Source of the DNA: Vezdaea acicularis
Lineage: Eukaryota
Length of the DNA stretch: 64,000 bases
Direction of reading: 5' to 3'
Assembly (NCBI GenBank): GCA_026025075.1
Contig: JAPEUI010000008.1
Location: forward strand, 1 to 64,000
Positions 48,761-63,055 of this stretch are shown here, one piece after another; the stretch's first letter is position 1, and every line of letters starts with the position of its first letter. The position numbers were made by a program, and so were the translations under genes. Below the pieces are notes generated by a model. The model worked only from the letters and a program-made list of their open reading frames with translations. It was not told the DNA's origin and made no database searches.

Positions 48761-50241
48761 TCTCCTGACCGACGAGTTCTCTTTGAGACAACGATTTTCC
48801 TATTGTTCATTCTGCCGACGGCGACGGAACCGGATCTTCGGCTTGCTTCCTTGCGTCTATCGGGCTCATATCGCATTTCAGGGAGTGTAGTGGGTTAACA
48901 GCAATTCAGGGTGAGGCCAGGGGAGGTGGGGGCTGCATGGCACAGGATCTAGCTATCGTTTGCAATTAGGCCACTTGTTCTTCGGTGTTCACGCATTTTT
49001 AATGAGGTGTGCAAGAGCACGACAGGGATAGCTTTCTGTGGTGTTTGGGTCTCTATCAATATAATGAGCTTTTTGGATTGAGTGAGTCCGCGTCCCTTGC
49101 TGGTTAAGTTTTCGTTTGCTCGCAATTTACGCGATTTCAGTACGCACCTTGATGGCGCAACAAACAACAGCTTATCTTGCCCTCGCTGCTCTGCTGTCGC
49201 GCCCTGCTCTTGCCCTTTTCTCTTGATTCGTCTTGGATTCCTCTTCCTTTGCGTATACGGCCGTCTTCACGCTCCTCCAGCCCTCACGTTTTCAATCAAC
49301 GGCGCATATCTCCTCGCCCTCTTCTGTATTCCTTATGAGCCAATCCCATCCCCTATATCCTTATATCCCTCCTTCCTCCCTATCCCTGGCCATGCCCACC
49401 CGACCCACCACCCCGCCCCATCCCCGACGCCGGTCCCATCTCTACTCACGCTGCCTCACTTGCTACAACGATCAATTCAACGCACAACGCTTCTAAGTCC
49501 GGTGGTTCGAGCAAGTATTCCCGCCCCCTTTTCCTTTATGCTCTATTCATTTCAAACTTTTTGAACTAATTTCTATGACTGGCAGAAGTCTTCCTCCGCA
49601 ATTACGTGATAATGCGCTTTATCGCCTTGCGTTTCGGAATGCTAGGGAGGAGTTTAGGCGGGAGAGTGGGGAGGACGGGAGGAGGCGGAGGGTTGAGATT
49701 TTGGGGGCGTTTTATGGGGGATGATGTTGAGATATGGGTGCTGTCTGTGAGGGGGAGTTGGGTGGGGTGCTAGTCGCCTGTCGGGGGGTTCGGATGCTGA
49801 AGGGGAGAGGGGTTTATACATGGTGTCAGGGCGGCATGGAGGGGTATCAAGACAGACTTCGACAGGATGTACTGATGGCTGTGCGTCTCAACTTCTGCAA
49901 ACGACAACGGGACTTAGGATCCCGATGAATGAAAGAGTTATGTGATCTCCTCGCGCGCTGCCAGTGTATGGAAAGTCTAGGTTCTGGGGATGGGGGATGG
50001 AAAAGTGTTTGCACATCTTGGGCGTAAGATAATCTCAAATTCTAGGCCAATGCGACAACGACTCTGGCTTTGACTCAACGGATCAAGTCTTTGGTTTAGC
50101 AACTGACTTTAAATAGCTTGGCCATTGTAGAATAGTAAGGCACGAACATTTCTCGACGACAAACTCTTCCACCCCTTTAACTACAAGTCCTTGACGTCAA
50201 CTTCCTAACATATGATACGACCCGCCTTTCTGCCCCAGTAA

Positions 50242-52113
50242 TTACAGCTCCAGCACTCCTAAATTCATCTTTTCCCCCTCCTCCCACACATGTCCATCAT
50301 CTACATCGCAACATGCCCTAGAGATATACGTGACATTACACGGGCAGCCCCATCTTGTCCCCAGCTCATCTCTCTTCCCCAAACCATAGTCCATCCCCAA
50401 GCCCCTGCTCAGCGCGCCTGGAACTGTCCTCATACTCGGCAGCTTCCACGTCCTACTCGCACCCAGAAATGCCGAAGACAGACAGTACGCTTTCGGGCTG
50501 ACGGGATCGAAGACGCGGACGCCTGGAGGCGGGTCCTCGCTGACCATACACTTACACTCCTCGCCTGTCACCGCAGATGCGATAGCTCCCTTGCGGCGCC
50601 CGGTACAGTCGCTATCACTGAGACAGCCTGTCCCGCAGCTTACGGCTTTATTTGGCGCCGCCAGCTGGACGTCTGCTTCGAGCAGCGTCGCCTCCACCTC
50701 AGTCCAATTCATATCTGTCCCCTCCGCTTTCTCGGGTTGTGCGGTACACGCCTCCGTTGAGCCGCCTTCAGCGCTACAGGTTTTCTCCCTCTCCAGCCCA
50801 GGATGCGTAAGCGGCGGGATGAGGGTCCTATAGTTGGTAACACCATTTGAGCTGCTCATGGCAATCAGACCCCCATTCGAGACATCAGCGCGTATCCCGC
50901 CCGCCCATGCGATCACTTTATTCGTTCCGAAGTGCGGGTCGTCCTCATCCAGGATCTGGTCTTCCCGGCTCATGCAATTGCACCAGACGGAGCAGTAGAG
51001 CTTGAGGAAGAAGCCTACTGGCTTCCGTACTTTGAAACTCTCCGCGGGGGTGAATTCATCAGTGGTCCATACGAATCTGCGGTGCGGAGCAGTAGGCGCG
51101 GCGGCGCATATCATGCCTGCGGAGGCGTGGCTTGAGAGAGGTTAGACCGTGTTGGTGAGAAGGAGGGGTAGAGAGGCGAGGCGAGACTTTGTCAAAGGGA
51201 TCAAGGGGGAAATTGAAACAACGTACGGGCTTCCTCCAGCTAGGGGCGCCGCGCACAAGTGCAGCAGATTATTATAATCGTCGGCAACCCACGGCTCCGG
51301 AAAGAAAGGGTGAGAAGGCAAAGGACCATCACACGTGATATAGTTATGCGGATTGAGACCCACAGGCTGCATCTCGTGGTTCAGGGGAGATGCCTGGTTA
51401 TCGGTGCCCGCCTGCTGTATGTGCTGCACGTTTAGAGACCGTACTTCCCCTTGCCTCGTTCCCATCCGCAGGTTCTCGGGCGGCCAGGAAACGCCATTGT
51501 TCCAGTCAATCTTGAACGTCTGCCTATTAGGCGTCTGGCCGACAGAGTAGGTCTTGAAAAGGGGCTGCCGTGGCGGGCGTAAGCTATAGCGGGCATCGCA
51601 CCAGCATTGCTGCATGCAGAAGAGCTCGAGGCGGAGAGAGCTCAGCCGGGGGTTGATGCCCGCCAGCTCGGAGGAGTCAAACACGACTTGCTTCAATAGG
51701 CCCGATGTTCCGCTCCCAGGGAAGCACCAACCTCCTATATGGGCGCCTACGCGGCCGCCGTACGCGGGTTTGGCGCATATTTGCTGGATGGAAAGGGTGC
51801 TGGGGTCAAAGGAGAGGTCGAAGGGCCACTCCCATGGCTCGGGCCATTGACCAGTACAAACGATTCGGCCTGCTCTATTGGGCTTATCCTCACGGGAAGG
51901 CCTTCGTGTGGGGTCGAATTGCCAGAATCGCGTGTTGTAAAGATCGGGCTCGAAGGGGTGAGTGGGTTCCTCTGCGGCCCGTCTTCCTGTTCGGCCGAGG
52001 GAGTTACGCACGCGGGCGAAGAAGTTGTCTAAGGCTCTTGTTTGAGCTTCAGCGGGCTGGGTGGCATCAAGGAGGAGTAGGAGAAAAAGAGTGGTAATGG
52101 CATGGGAATACAT
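50242..52113 (-). CDS. Secreted cysteine-rich protein with two internal repeats of an unknown domain
   Basis: Signal peptide MYSHAITTLFLLLLLDATQPAEA; ICAKPAYGG..IGGWC...LELFCMQQCWC and LCAAPLAGG..GMIC...LKLYCSVWCNC; intron starting ~51224; C-terminal KR..CPCNVTYISRACC. Confidence 0.7.
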
Positions 52114-53243
52114 GCTGTTTGACTGAGAACAGAGCAAAGGACATGAAGTCATATCCAAGTCATTGCGTGAAGGTATTACTTACATCCCCGCCGAGATCAA
52201 TCAGATAGCATTGTCGGGAAGTAGTTCCGCTACAGTGAGAGCTGGCGTACAATGCGAGGGGATACGGGGAGGTCTCCCGTGGTCAGGAAATCCCTCGTAC
52301 CCTGCGCAATGCCGCAAGGCGACCATAGCTCTGCTCCAGCACCGTAGAACATCGAGACACAAGACACCTTTGGATCGGCAGATCGAAAGGTGTTATAGGA
52401 ATAAAGTTACTGTTGAAAAATGGTAGTGCGGACTCCTTGGTGTTTCCATCTTTTGCGAAATACGACCATGATACGGCAATCGTCCAAGCCAAACTGTGGG
52501 AAGCCTGCGCTTTCATCTTAGGACATACAATACTGTAAAACGAATATTTCAGGTTATAATGGCACCCTGCCATGGCTTCAATGCTACGCATGCTCGCAGT
52601 AAGCTACATCAAATAGCGTTCCGTCGAAAACACTCGATCGTTCAGGTAATGGGTGCGTAGCAATACTTGGAGGAATGCCGTCCAAAGTCACACTATGGTG
52701 CCTAGCCTTCACGTTGGTTGGGCACTGCATCCGGATAATCCCTTCAATCAACCGAAGCATCTGGATCTTTATATATTCTAATTGAACCTAAATGTCTCAC
52801 CGGACAGGTGCTATGGGCTCGTAGAACATGGCCTGTGGACATTATTCTCTCGCGATGGTGATTCAAGTATAGATCATCACGATCTACATTAAACGCAAGG
52901 CTGCGAGACCACGGAGAATTTGGCCTTGCAACACCAGCAAATATGCCGGTTATCATTGGTCATTTCGGGCAATCATGCGTGCCTCGATAGGCTGATGCTC
53001 AGGCTTCATACCGTCTCAGCCTTGCCGCCTCAGGCAAGGCTGGCAGCTCTATTCTGTACCGAGGAAACATCATGTTGGTTTTAAGACACACAGCATAAAG
53101 CTTTGCATATCTTTCCTCTACTTCTCTTACACCATTGCACCGTTATCGTACGGCAAGTCTTACATTGGACTTGTGTATCTCGTTCGCTCCAACTCTATTG
53201 CAATCCCCAGGTCTCTGTCTACGCTATCTTCTCCCATACGATT

Positions 53244-56200
53244 ATGCCCCGCCGGAAGCAAATATCTTCTATAGATCTGCCGAAGCAGGATCATGGGAGA
53301 CCAGTTCCGGAGTTTTACAATGTGGACAACCCATCGTTGTCCGGTGACGACATCAACTTTAGAAGTAATGGACCAGACGACCGGATTCAGGACATCATCA
53401 ACGTTAGACGTAATGGACCAGACGACCGGATTCAGGACATCATCAACGTTATACGTAATGGACCAGACGACCGGATTCAGGAGCCGTGGAAGAGATTTCC
53501 TCTCCTCGACCCTAGATTTAATGGACCAGACGACCGGATTCAGGATATCATCAACGTTAGACGTAATGGACCAGACGACCGGATTCAGGAGCCGTGGAAG
53601 AGAGATATCCTCAACAGGAGATCCTCCGAGCCCACCGTGATAGCACGGTTGATCGGTGGAAGAAAAGTTAAAGTTACAAGGCTAGGAAGGTATGGAGAGC
53701 CTCTTCAAGAACCATCACCTGCAATCGATTACACAACTCCTAGTCAGTCACCTACAATCGATTATACAACTCCAAGTCAATCACCTACAATCGATCAAAC
53801 AACTCCAAGTCAATCACAAACGCGGGAAGGAAACCTTGGCAACCTCGAATACGTTGAGGTAGATAATGGCAAGCGTAAAGGGGATATCAGTCCTGCTAAT
53901 ATGTCTGTGGAGCTGTTGAAGGCCTTGGAAACAGGGAATGAGCAAATGGTCCGAAGACTGCTCAAGAAAGGGGTAGATGCCAACGCCCAAGGGGGTCATT
54001 ATGGTAACGCGCTACAAATAGCTTCAATTGAAGGGCATCATGAAGCAGTCCAACTGCTGCTGGAGAATGGAGCGGAGATCAACGCTCAGGGGGGTCATTA
54101 TGGGAATGCGCTACAAGCAGCTTCGTCTAGAGGTCATGACCAATTAGTCCGGCTACTGCTTGAGAAGGGGGCGGAGATCAACGCTGAAGGGGGTTATTAT
54201 GGCAGCGCGCTACAAGCAGCTTCGTTTGGAGGGCGGCTTAAAACAGTCCAGTTGCTGCTCAATAAAGGGGCAGATGTCAACGCTCAAGGGGGTCATTGTG
54301 GCAACGCGCTACAAGCAGCTTCACATTGGGGACATTGTGAAGTAATCCGACTGCTGCTGGAGAAGGGAGCTGACATCAATGCTCAAGGAGGTCATTATGG
54401 CAACGCGCTACAAGCAGCTTCATTCAAAGGGCAGCGTAGCGCAGTCCAATTACTGCTGGAGAAGGGAGCAGATATCGACGCTCAAGGGGTTCATCACGGT
54501 AACGCGCTAGAAGCAGCTTCAGTAGGGGGGCATCATGAAGTAGTCCGACTCCTGCTGGAGAAGGGAGCGGAGATCAACGCTCACAAGAGTCGTTATGGGA
54601 ATGCGCTACAAGCAGCTTCGTCTAGAGGTCATGACCAATTAGTCCGGCTACTGCTTGAGAAGGGGGCGGAGATCAACGCTAAAGGGGGTTATTTTGGCAG
54701 CGCGCTAAAAGCAGCGTCACGTAGAGGGCATATTGAATCAGTCTGGCTGCTGCTAAAGAAGGGAGCGGACGTCAATGCTGAAGGGGGTTATTATGGCAGC
54801 GCGCTACAAGCAGCTTCGTCTAGAGGGTATGATAGAGTGTGTCGACTACTGCTGGAGAAGGGAGCGGACGTCAATGCTGAAGGGGGTTATTATGGCAGCG
54901 CGCTACAAGCAGCTTCGTCTGGAGGGTATTACAAAGTGTGTCGACTACTGCTGGAGAAGGGAGCGGACGTCAATGCTGAAGGGGGTTATGGCAGCGCGCT
55001 ACAAGTAGCTTCGTCTGGAGGGTATGATAGAGTGTGTCGACTACTGCTGGAGAAGGGAGCGGACGTCAATGCTGGAGGGGGTTATTATGGCAGCGCGCTA
55101 CAAGCAGCAACGTCTGAAGGGCGTGAGAACGTAGTCCGACTGCTGCGGGAGAAGGGAGCGGAGACCAACCACAGTACACGAAAAGAGCAGACACAAGGTC
55201 TTTACGCCACAGATACCTATATGGGAGGGGCCGGAATAGAGGCGGATAATAAAATCTCTGACGACGCTTCTGACACAATCTTAACATCATTCTTTTCTAA
55301 AGGTGAATTGTCGAATTCATCGCAGACCTCCGTACCTGGTATAATCAATGTGTCGTTTAGCTTGATTACGGATTTACTTATGAACGACACATGTCTTCAT
55401 AATGTTTTTCGTCAAGCACTTTCCTCAAAGCATCTTGATCTTTCAAAGTTTCAGAGTCGTTTGGCTCATCTGCTGAAGTCATACCACATCCGACTGGTTG
55501 ACCAGGCCTCATCCACTGTAGAAAGCAGAGCTGCCGCTTTGTTTCAAAAACGATCACATAGGCGAAGTATAGCGAATGCCATGATAAGGGAGATATCCGG
55601 CCGCCCTGACCGATTATTGGACAGAAGGCTCGAACAAGATCAATCGAAAGAAGACCTTGATCGAGTTAAGGCGAAGAGGGTAGAGGACTTTCTGCGCGAC
55701 CAAATTCGGGGAAATGATATGGTGACCAGGTTACAAAAGACTGTCAACGAGGAAGGCCCGCCCGACTTCGAAGATGATCAAGATAGCATGACTGAGGCCA
55801 GCGAGCAATCAGAAATTGAATACGAAGATGCGCATGAGTATGTTCACATAGACGCGGCGAAAGCGTTTTTGCTGGCTGGGGACCCTTTCAGCCGGTTCAA
55901 AGAAGAATTAGAAGATTCCCTGTTTCCACTCAGGAACAGAAAGATGTGGAATAAGTACAACATCCTTTGGGATAGGGGCGAAGCTGTCCAATTCCTTTTG
56001 CCGGATGAGTCCCCATCGCAAACTTGGCCTGATCGTATAAAGCTCAGACTTGAAGCTAGATCCCCAATTCCTGTGATATGGAAACCTTTTCGAGAGCCGA
56101 AAACCGCGATACGACCTGGATTTATTAGAATCCGATGGATTCAATCAGACGTGCATGTTGACGTGCCTAGCCGCTATGCTAGACAATATCGCATGGCTTG

Positions 56201-57228
56201 CACCACTAAAGAGTGTGCTGATGACGGTGGTACCTTACCTTTCCACGCGGGCGATTTAACGTCCACCGAGGCTTCAGCAATGCCAAGCTTTTGGATAAGT
56301 TTACGACTGAAAAGCCTTTTCGGAAGAAATAGTCAAAATCCGGAAGCAACCCAAAAACAGGTGAGCAGTGTACTACCAGAGGGTAAGCCCAGTGAGCCAA
56401 ATTACCTACATTGGTGCGTCGAGTCGAAGGATAACGATCTTCAAATGCACCCTATATGTACAGAAGAGAAGGAGGGTTTTAACTTTATTCGGGAGTTGAA
56501 AAGAAGCTACCGACTTATACGAGGTTGGAAATGGTACCTGTCCTTGACGACATGTGGAGCAATCAAGCTGACAAAGGTACGGCTAATTCCCTAGTATTTC
56601 ATTCTCGTGAAAGAGGATGATAGAGAATTCTGCTTTAGCAGTTACCTGCTGTTGCCCCTGAATTTACCACGGTTTCTCAATGCCCTGAGTATGGATATAA
56701 TTTCCAAGACGTCTGCTTTGAATACTTTGTCGCAAAGCTAAGTAATCACAGTTCGTGCGTCTTGATGAAGGAGGTTATGACCACGAAAATGAAGTTGCCG
56801 CTATTCCGGACGAGGGTGTCTTGCCGAACCTGTTATTTGAGAAGGACTGGCGCTATCATTTGACCACCCCCGAAAAGGTGCACATCATGCGCGTCGAGAA
56901 GCACCTTAAGAGGTATTATCACCAACCTAAGTGTGCTAATCAGATCAACAATCTCATCAGCCGAATCCCTCAAAAAGTCGGAAAATTGACTGGTAGGACC
57001 CCTGGATACGGATTCCGGGCGATTCAGGGGTGGAGTGTTTACAAATGTTTTGTGATGTTGAGTATACTGCTGACACCAACTACGGCTCTCGCCATCATCT
57101 CGCTGGTGAAGCATCCTTGGGGGTGGAGCGACGCGCTGAGCCCTATGCTCTTAGCTGTTGCTCTCTTCACAGCAATAGTGGTGATTCCTGATCTGTACTC
57201 GGAAAAACGGAAGATGAAGACGGAGTGA
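53244..57228 (+). CDS. Ankyrin-repeat protein (12-13 highly similar repeats) with N-terminal peptide repeats and a C-terminal two-TM region
   Basis: 99-bp units NAQGG.YG.ALQAAS..G...V.LLLEKGA at 53910-55165. Splice donor at ~56577; last exon has two hydrophobic helices. Joining to the 56755-57228 ORF is inferred. Confidence 0.75.
53366..53815 (+). repeat. Coding minisatellites: five copies of aatggaccagacgaccggattcagga (45-bp period, nested duplication) and three 33-bp copies (SPTIDYTTPSQ)
   Basis: Directly visible at 53366-53605 and 53715-53815. Confidence 0.9.
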
Positions 57229-57616
57229 CAGCGGAGAACTTGCTGCATGTGCATGAGGGATTTGTCAATCGTTGAAGGCGTCCCGGTTACCATCGATACA
57301 GTATGAATATTTCCGTATATCAATAAAAACTTCGGCCGAAAGAGCTCAAAGTAATCTCTTGATACGGGTCCAAGTACCAATGATAATATTATTTGTGATC
57401 AGTCGATTTCTCGAATGTCTTTTACAGGCTAGAACCTCACTTCTTCCTATTTCCCAGCATCGACTCCCTTGCGCGCCTAAGTCTTCAAACAGCAATTGAG
57501 ACCCGCGTGGGAAATGATGAACTGACCGGGCTATCCCATCATCATTAGCGCAGGGTCGTGCTTAGAGATATTGAAGAACATGTCACTACCATTCTTCCAT
57601 CTTGTAAAGACGGTGC

Positions 57617-60600
57617 CTAGGACGCAACATACCCTGGCCAGTCCGTCGAGCGGCCTCCTTCTTCCATCCCAGCAAGCCCGTCCCCATCCCGCCATAGCTC
57701 CCAGTCTGCTAGTCCGGTAAGATGTCTCATTGTGGGCCTCCCATGCGGACAATTCCATGGTTTATCAAGCTCGCCCAAGTGAACCACCACCTTCTTCATT
57801 TGCTTTTCGGTCAACGTGTGTCCGACCATGATGGAACTTCGGCAAGCGCGCATGGCGAACATCTTTCGGACTTTGCTGGGCCGAACCACCGCAGAGGAGT
57901 CGGGTGCATCTGCAATGAGCGCTATCAGCTCCTCGAGATCTCGAGTGTCGAATACTACTTGTTTGCTCATGGGAAGAGAGATTAATGTGCATCGACGACC
58001 AACAGGAGCCTCTCCGGTTGTATCGACGGTGACCACAAAGCCGTTTCTTTCGAGAGTGTCAAGATTGTCGATGACTATCTCCTCCTCAATTGCAGTAAGG
58101 TCCAATGTCCGCGGCCTGACAAGTCTCTGGTTCTGTACCACCGTTGATGCCTGAAGCAGTTCAAAATTGTATTTTTCGTCTGATGCATGCTGATCTATGA
58201 TGAAGAGCTCATCCTTCTCACCCACTAATTGTCTATCAGAAGCCGATGAGCGCATTGTCAATATGAATCCAAGGTTGAATTGGCCAATGATTCTCATTTT
58301 GGCGAAATCGTCCTTCGATATAGAGAGGGATAGCTGGTCTTCCACTGAGACGCCGTCGGCGGGCAGACTTGTGTGAGTATTATCAGCAAGTAGTTTCTGA
58401 CAGCTGTTGAGAGTAGCTCTTAAGGTGCGCGTCTGAGCCTGTATCTTCGAAAGGGAAACATTAATCCTTTGGAGCAGGTGAGATGTGCAGTCCTTATGTC
58501 GCGAACCCCCTTTTAATATTGCATCGACTCGTTGTACGTTATTCCGTGGAGGCAGCCCACTTCCAGATTCTGCGTCTTGAATCAATTTGGCTACTTTCGC
58601 ATCTTCGCGAGCTTTCTTCTCGTTTTCGTCAATATATTCGTCGTCAGACTGGTCCCCGCCCCCTTCAGATTGAGGTTCTTCAGCAGCAGAATTCTGCATG
58701 ATTCCAGGCTCTCCTAAAACGTCGCTGCTCTCGTCCGCTTCTTCGATCCCATCCACCGCATCTGAGGAATGTGCAGATTTCAACCTATCAGCTCTTTTTG
58801 ACAACCAGTCTTGAGAATCATCCCGATCTTCGGCAAAATCCACATCCTCGACTTGCGTGCCAGGGGCAGCAAAGCTTTGAAGGCCTTTTCTCACCGTCGC
58901 TTTCCGCAATCGAGATCGATTCACTGCGCTAGTCTTAAAGATTAATCGCGGACCATCGCTATCTTGGCTCCCAGAATATTGGCCGACAGATCCCATACCA
59001 ATAGGAGACGTAACAACTTTGGAGCCTATAGTGATGATTGCAGGTTCTGCTGGTGTCCTCCGAGGCCTCATACGATCAAACGCATTCTGTACTGGGCCTT
59101 GAGATGGCCGTGGCTTATTGGGTGACACCGACTGAATAGCCTCCTCTTCTTCACGTTCGGTGGATGAAGAACGCTCGAGACTTTTAGCTCGGCGAGCCAT
59201 CTGAGAGGCAATTCTCGCATTAAAGTCCAAGACTGGACGCGCGACCGGCTGTCCGTTGGGATCAAGATTTTCGTTTCCCTCCTTAAGATCCTTTAACGGC
59301 TCCTCCGCAGCAACGTTGACTTGATCCACTTCGGCTTCCTTATCAAAATTATAATTAACAGATTGCTTCTCCGTTAGCAGCCCATCCCTCCGAGCTCTTT
59401 TAGGAGGTGGCTGAACCTGGTCATCCGCCTTGTGATCAAGGGGATTCTGAATCAAGCTGACACTACGCTCCTTCTGACCTACCCTGTCGACAGATGAGGA
59501 TCTTCGCCAAGGGGTGGAAGCAGATTCGCGCACAACTGACGCTACGTCTTCGTCCTCAAAGTCACCAAGCTCGTCCTCGCCATCATTCTGGGAAGAAAGT
59601 GAACTATTTGTCGATTTACTATTCAAGGTCATCTCCTTGGTTATGCTGAGCTGCTTGAAAGCTGGGATTTTTGGAGCATGAAGCTGAGAATGAGGAATTG
59701 TCTGATCGTGTGCGTCAAAGAGTTCAATCAACGAGGCCTATCATGTCATGGTATCAGAGTCGTTATAAGGGGTAGAATGACCAGCAGTGCGTACTTTTAG
59801 GGAGTCCAAAAGGGCTGCTTGATCATGGAGTAGAATCGTCCTTTTATCAGGGGACACGTTGACGTCATAAGAATCTTGTGCTTGTCAGCATCGTCCAGTA
59901 CACCGGACACATAATAAACCGTGTGGAAATGAGATTGACTGACTAGTGTCTAATTTCAGATTCGCAAAGATAAAGGGTGCCTGAGACATATTGTAAGACT
60001 TATAAACTTCATTAAATGCTTTCGCGATTTGCGGTAGTCCACAAGGTCTACCGTTCACAAAGAACATTTGTCGATCTGGAGTTTGTCGCCCTTCTCCGAA
60101 CGTTGGACGAGATATGTGACCTTTGATATGAACTTCTCTTGCACTATGGAAAATGCATTAGCTTGAGAGACCATGACTTCAAGAGAGCAAATCGGCACCT
60201 ATCAGCTATTTCGTCGCTCGATTTCTGGCCAGGGGCGTTGCTCGATTCCATATGAAAGTTCAGATCCAAAGGGACAAGTGCATGTATTGTCTTTGCGCCA
60301 AAGACATTAGAGATATTTTCACAAGTCGTGGGATTTGACTTCGTCGAAAACACGACTATCTTCTTTCTGGAGAACGTAAGCATCAAGGCAACAGATTGAG
60401 CTGTAGCGATTTGAGACACATACCCTTTAGAGGGAACATTGCTGACAATAAATTTGACACCTATGCTAATACACGCGTAGGCGTTTAGCACTCCTAAAAC
60501 CTTTCCATACTCCCTTTTGATGTTTTTCTCAAGCTCCCTGCGCCTGACGGGCAAGTTCTTGAACAGGCTTTCCACGACGACCGTTGTGCCCTTCTGGCTG

Positions 60601-61203
60601 GCAACTATTGACTTGTCTCTGAGTTTTCCTAGTGAATCAAATGCGAGCTTGTTCCCCTTTGCGCCGTCTTCGAGGCGAGCAGTGATGATATGGAGATCCG
60701 ACACCGCGCATAACGACGAAAGCGCCTCACCCCGAAAACCAAAGGTATGAAGAGAGGCCAAGTCGGAGTAGGTGGTAAGTTTGGATGTGAAATGCTTAAG
60801 TGCTAAAGCATATCAGATAAGTTGATGCACATGTAAATTACAAAAGCAGGTGCCGGTGACTTACCAACCGTCTCAAAATTTTCTGAGGAGATACCGTCCC
60901 CGTTATCTTGAACCTCAATAGAATCTAGCCCATTATTCTTGAAACGGACCTCTAGAAGAGGTGAATATTTCAGCCAAGGCCTCTATGAAAAGTTTCAGCG
61001 ACAAGCATGGAAAGCCTTACCAACTGAGGTCGCATGCGCATCAAGGCTGTTCTCCACGAGTTCTTTGACCACGGAACATATATCCACGATAACCTGGCCA
61101 GACTGGATTTGATGAACCTAAAGGTACATTCAGTGGTGTGCGGAAGCTAGCATGTGAGAACAGTACGAACGCTCCTGCCTTCTATGGCTTTGATAGTGGC
61201 CAT
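57617..61203 (-). CDS. PMS1: DNA mismatch repair MutL homologue PMS1
   Basis: [70 protein letters not shown], endonuclease motif [19 protein letters not shown] and [13 protein letters not shown]; multiple introns. Confidence 0.96.
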
Positions 61204-61447
61204 AACGGCCGACCAAAAATATTACGGGCAACGCGCTGCGAAACCTCGAGGGACGCGCCGAGACGTGCGACCAGGTCGCGAGATCACGAGGATTACCACT
61301 CCAAAGAACGAATTTTTGAATGCAAGCAAGATCAACAGAGTTTTTAGAAATAGTCATTTACTACGGTAACAGCAAGTGTAATGAAAATGATATCATAGCC
61401 CAATCTCAAACGCCACCTTCAATGCTGCCCCTCCAACGACAATAGGT

Positions 61448-63055
61448 CTAACCAAACCGATCTGGCATTACGACAGGCGCTATGAGAGTCCAAGTATAAA
61501 TGGCATAGCAGACCCAAGCACTGATGATCTTCACCCAACTTGCCCAATAAGTCCGACCAACGGGCGCGAAGTCAAGATCGTCACTGTGATTCGGCTCGAA
61601 GCTTGTCGTAAGGAGGGTCGCTACCCATGTTGTAGCCATGAGGAATATAACGTGGAACAGGGAATAGTTGTATTGCGTTGCGTTCCTTTCGTCGTCTTTT
61701 GATGTTGGTCCATCGTCGCTGTCTTCATCATCACTATCGTCCAGCGCGCTGGCTGGAAGGCTTCCGCTTTCAACGGCATGGCGGAGAGCTTCTGCTCGCA
61801 TCTCCCGGCGACTGTCGGGCTGGTGTGCCACTAATCCGTGCTCATACTCTTCATCTTGGAGCTGAGAATATGCAGCACTTTTCCGAGATCCCATTGCCAC
61901 TCCTTGGGTCGCCGCACGAGTCGTCGTATAAGCAATTGTTAGCATCGTCACAACTGCCCCAATGACGACTGATGCAGTTCTCGTGCCCCTTGCGCGCAAT
62001 AGCGGGTTGCATTGCTTTTCATCTGGCTCCATGGATACCGCTGACATGGTCAGATAGGTACAGTAGACTGCAACCATTGCCGACTGGGCCAGCCCAGCTT
62101 GGGGATTGTATTCTTGGATGGTTGGATGGACCGAGATGAGCGATACTAAGAGAAGGAGAACGAGATTGACCTAGGTTTTAAATTGAATTAGGCCTTGGAC
62201 TAAAGGATGAGTGTGGAGAAGTACTTACCGAAACGGCCGCCTGATTCATAGAGCAACCACTGTGTGCGAAGAAGATGTACATAATGATAGTTAAAACTAT
62301 CGAAATGATATACATGCCCAGTGTCGACCCAATCAGTAGACCTCTCCACGCCCTAGAGTCGTGGAACTCTATCTTTTCGAGACAATACTCGGCCCAGGTG
62401 TGCGCGAGATCGACTAGGAGGATGAGGCCAAGTAACAAGAAGAGCATTGCGCCGAACAGAGCAAATCGAGCACCGAACCCGATATAGAAGCCGTCTGGAA
62501 TGAGGAACGAAAGGACCACAAGGGCGATCCAACCGATGACTTTAGGACCCCAGAAGCCATTTTGTATCGCAGCACGTCCGTCCTTCGAAGACCTAACTCC
62601 AAGCAGGATGAACGCCATTAGAGCATGGAACACCCCTAAAGCCAGATTTATCCGGAGTACGGCAACATAACCATAGCAGTCACCTTCGGGGCAACTGATC
62701 TTCATGTAGTCGAGAGAGAGGTGTTCCAGCTTTTTGATTGCCCACGGCGTAAGCATGATCCAGGATAGCACAGAATTGACGAGGAGGATGAGTGCATAGG
62801 CAATACGAGTTGCAGTGCTTTTGTCTCATGAGCTATCACGACCCACGAAGCTTCAGAACGATGAACATACCTGCTCTGACATTTTCCGCAAGCACTACAC
62901 ACCGCTGAGCAGGTGGCAGCGCCACAACATGATGCGGCGACTGTCCATAGCTATGAGCTAAATTAGGAACTCTCCCATCAAAGGAGAAACTATAGAGTGC
63001 TTACTGTGCCTACGCTTGGAAGCGCAAGTAATGGTAAGGACAACAGTGCACCCAT
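61448..63055 (-). CDS. TMS1: Serinc/TMS1 membrane protein
   Basis: MGALLSLPLLALPS..., SCCGAATC, RAAIQNGFWGPK, LLVDLAHTWAE, QYNYSLFHVIF and WVKIISAWVCY..Y.WTLIAP. Confidence 0.93.

Noticed and set aside
48950..50100. Gene between fwd-1 and the secreted protein
   Set aside because: Low-complexity short ORFs with no supporting motifs.
53366..53605. Amyloid signalling motif (HRAM/PP/sigma-like)
   Set aside because: The repeat is charged and contains Pro, and does not match those patterns. There is no adjacent NLR/HeLo partner.
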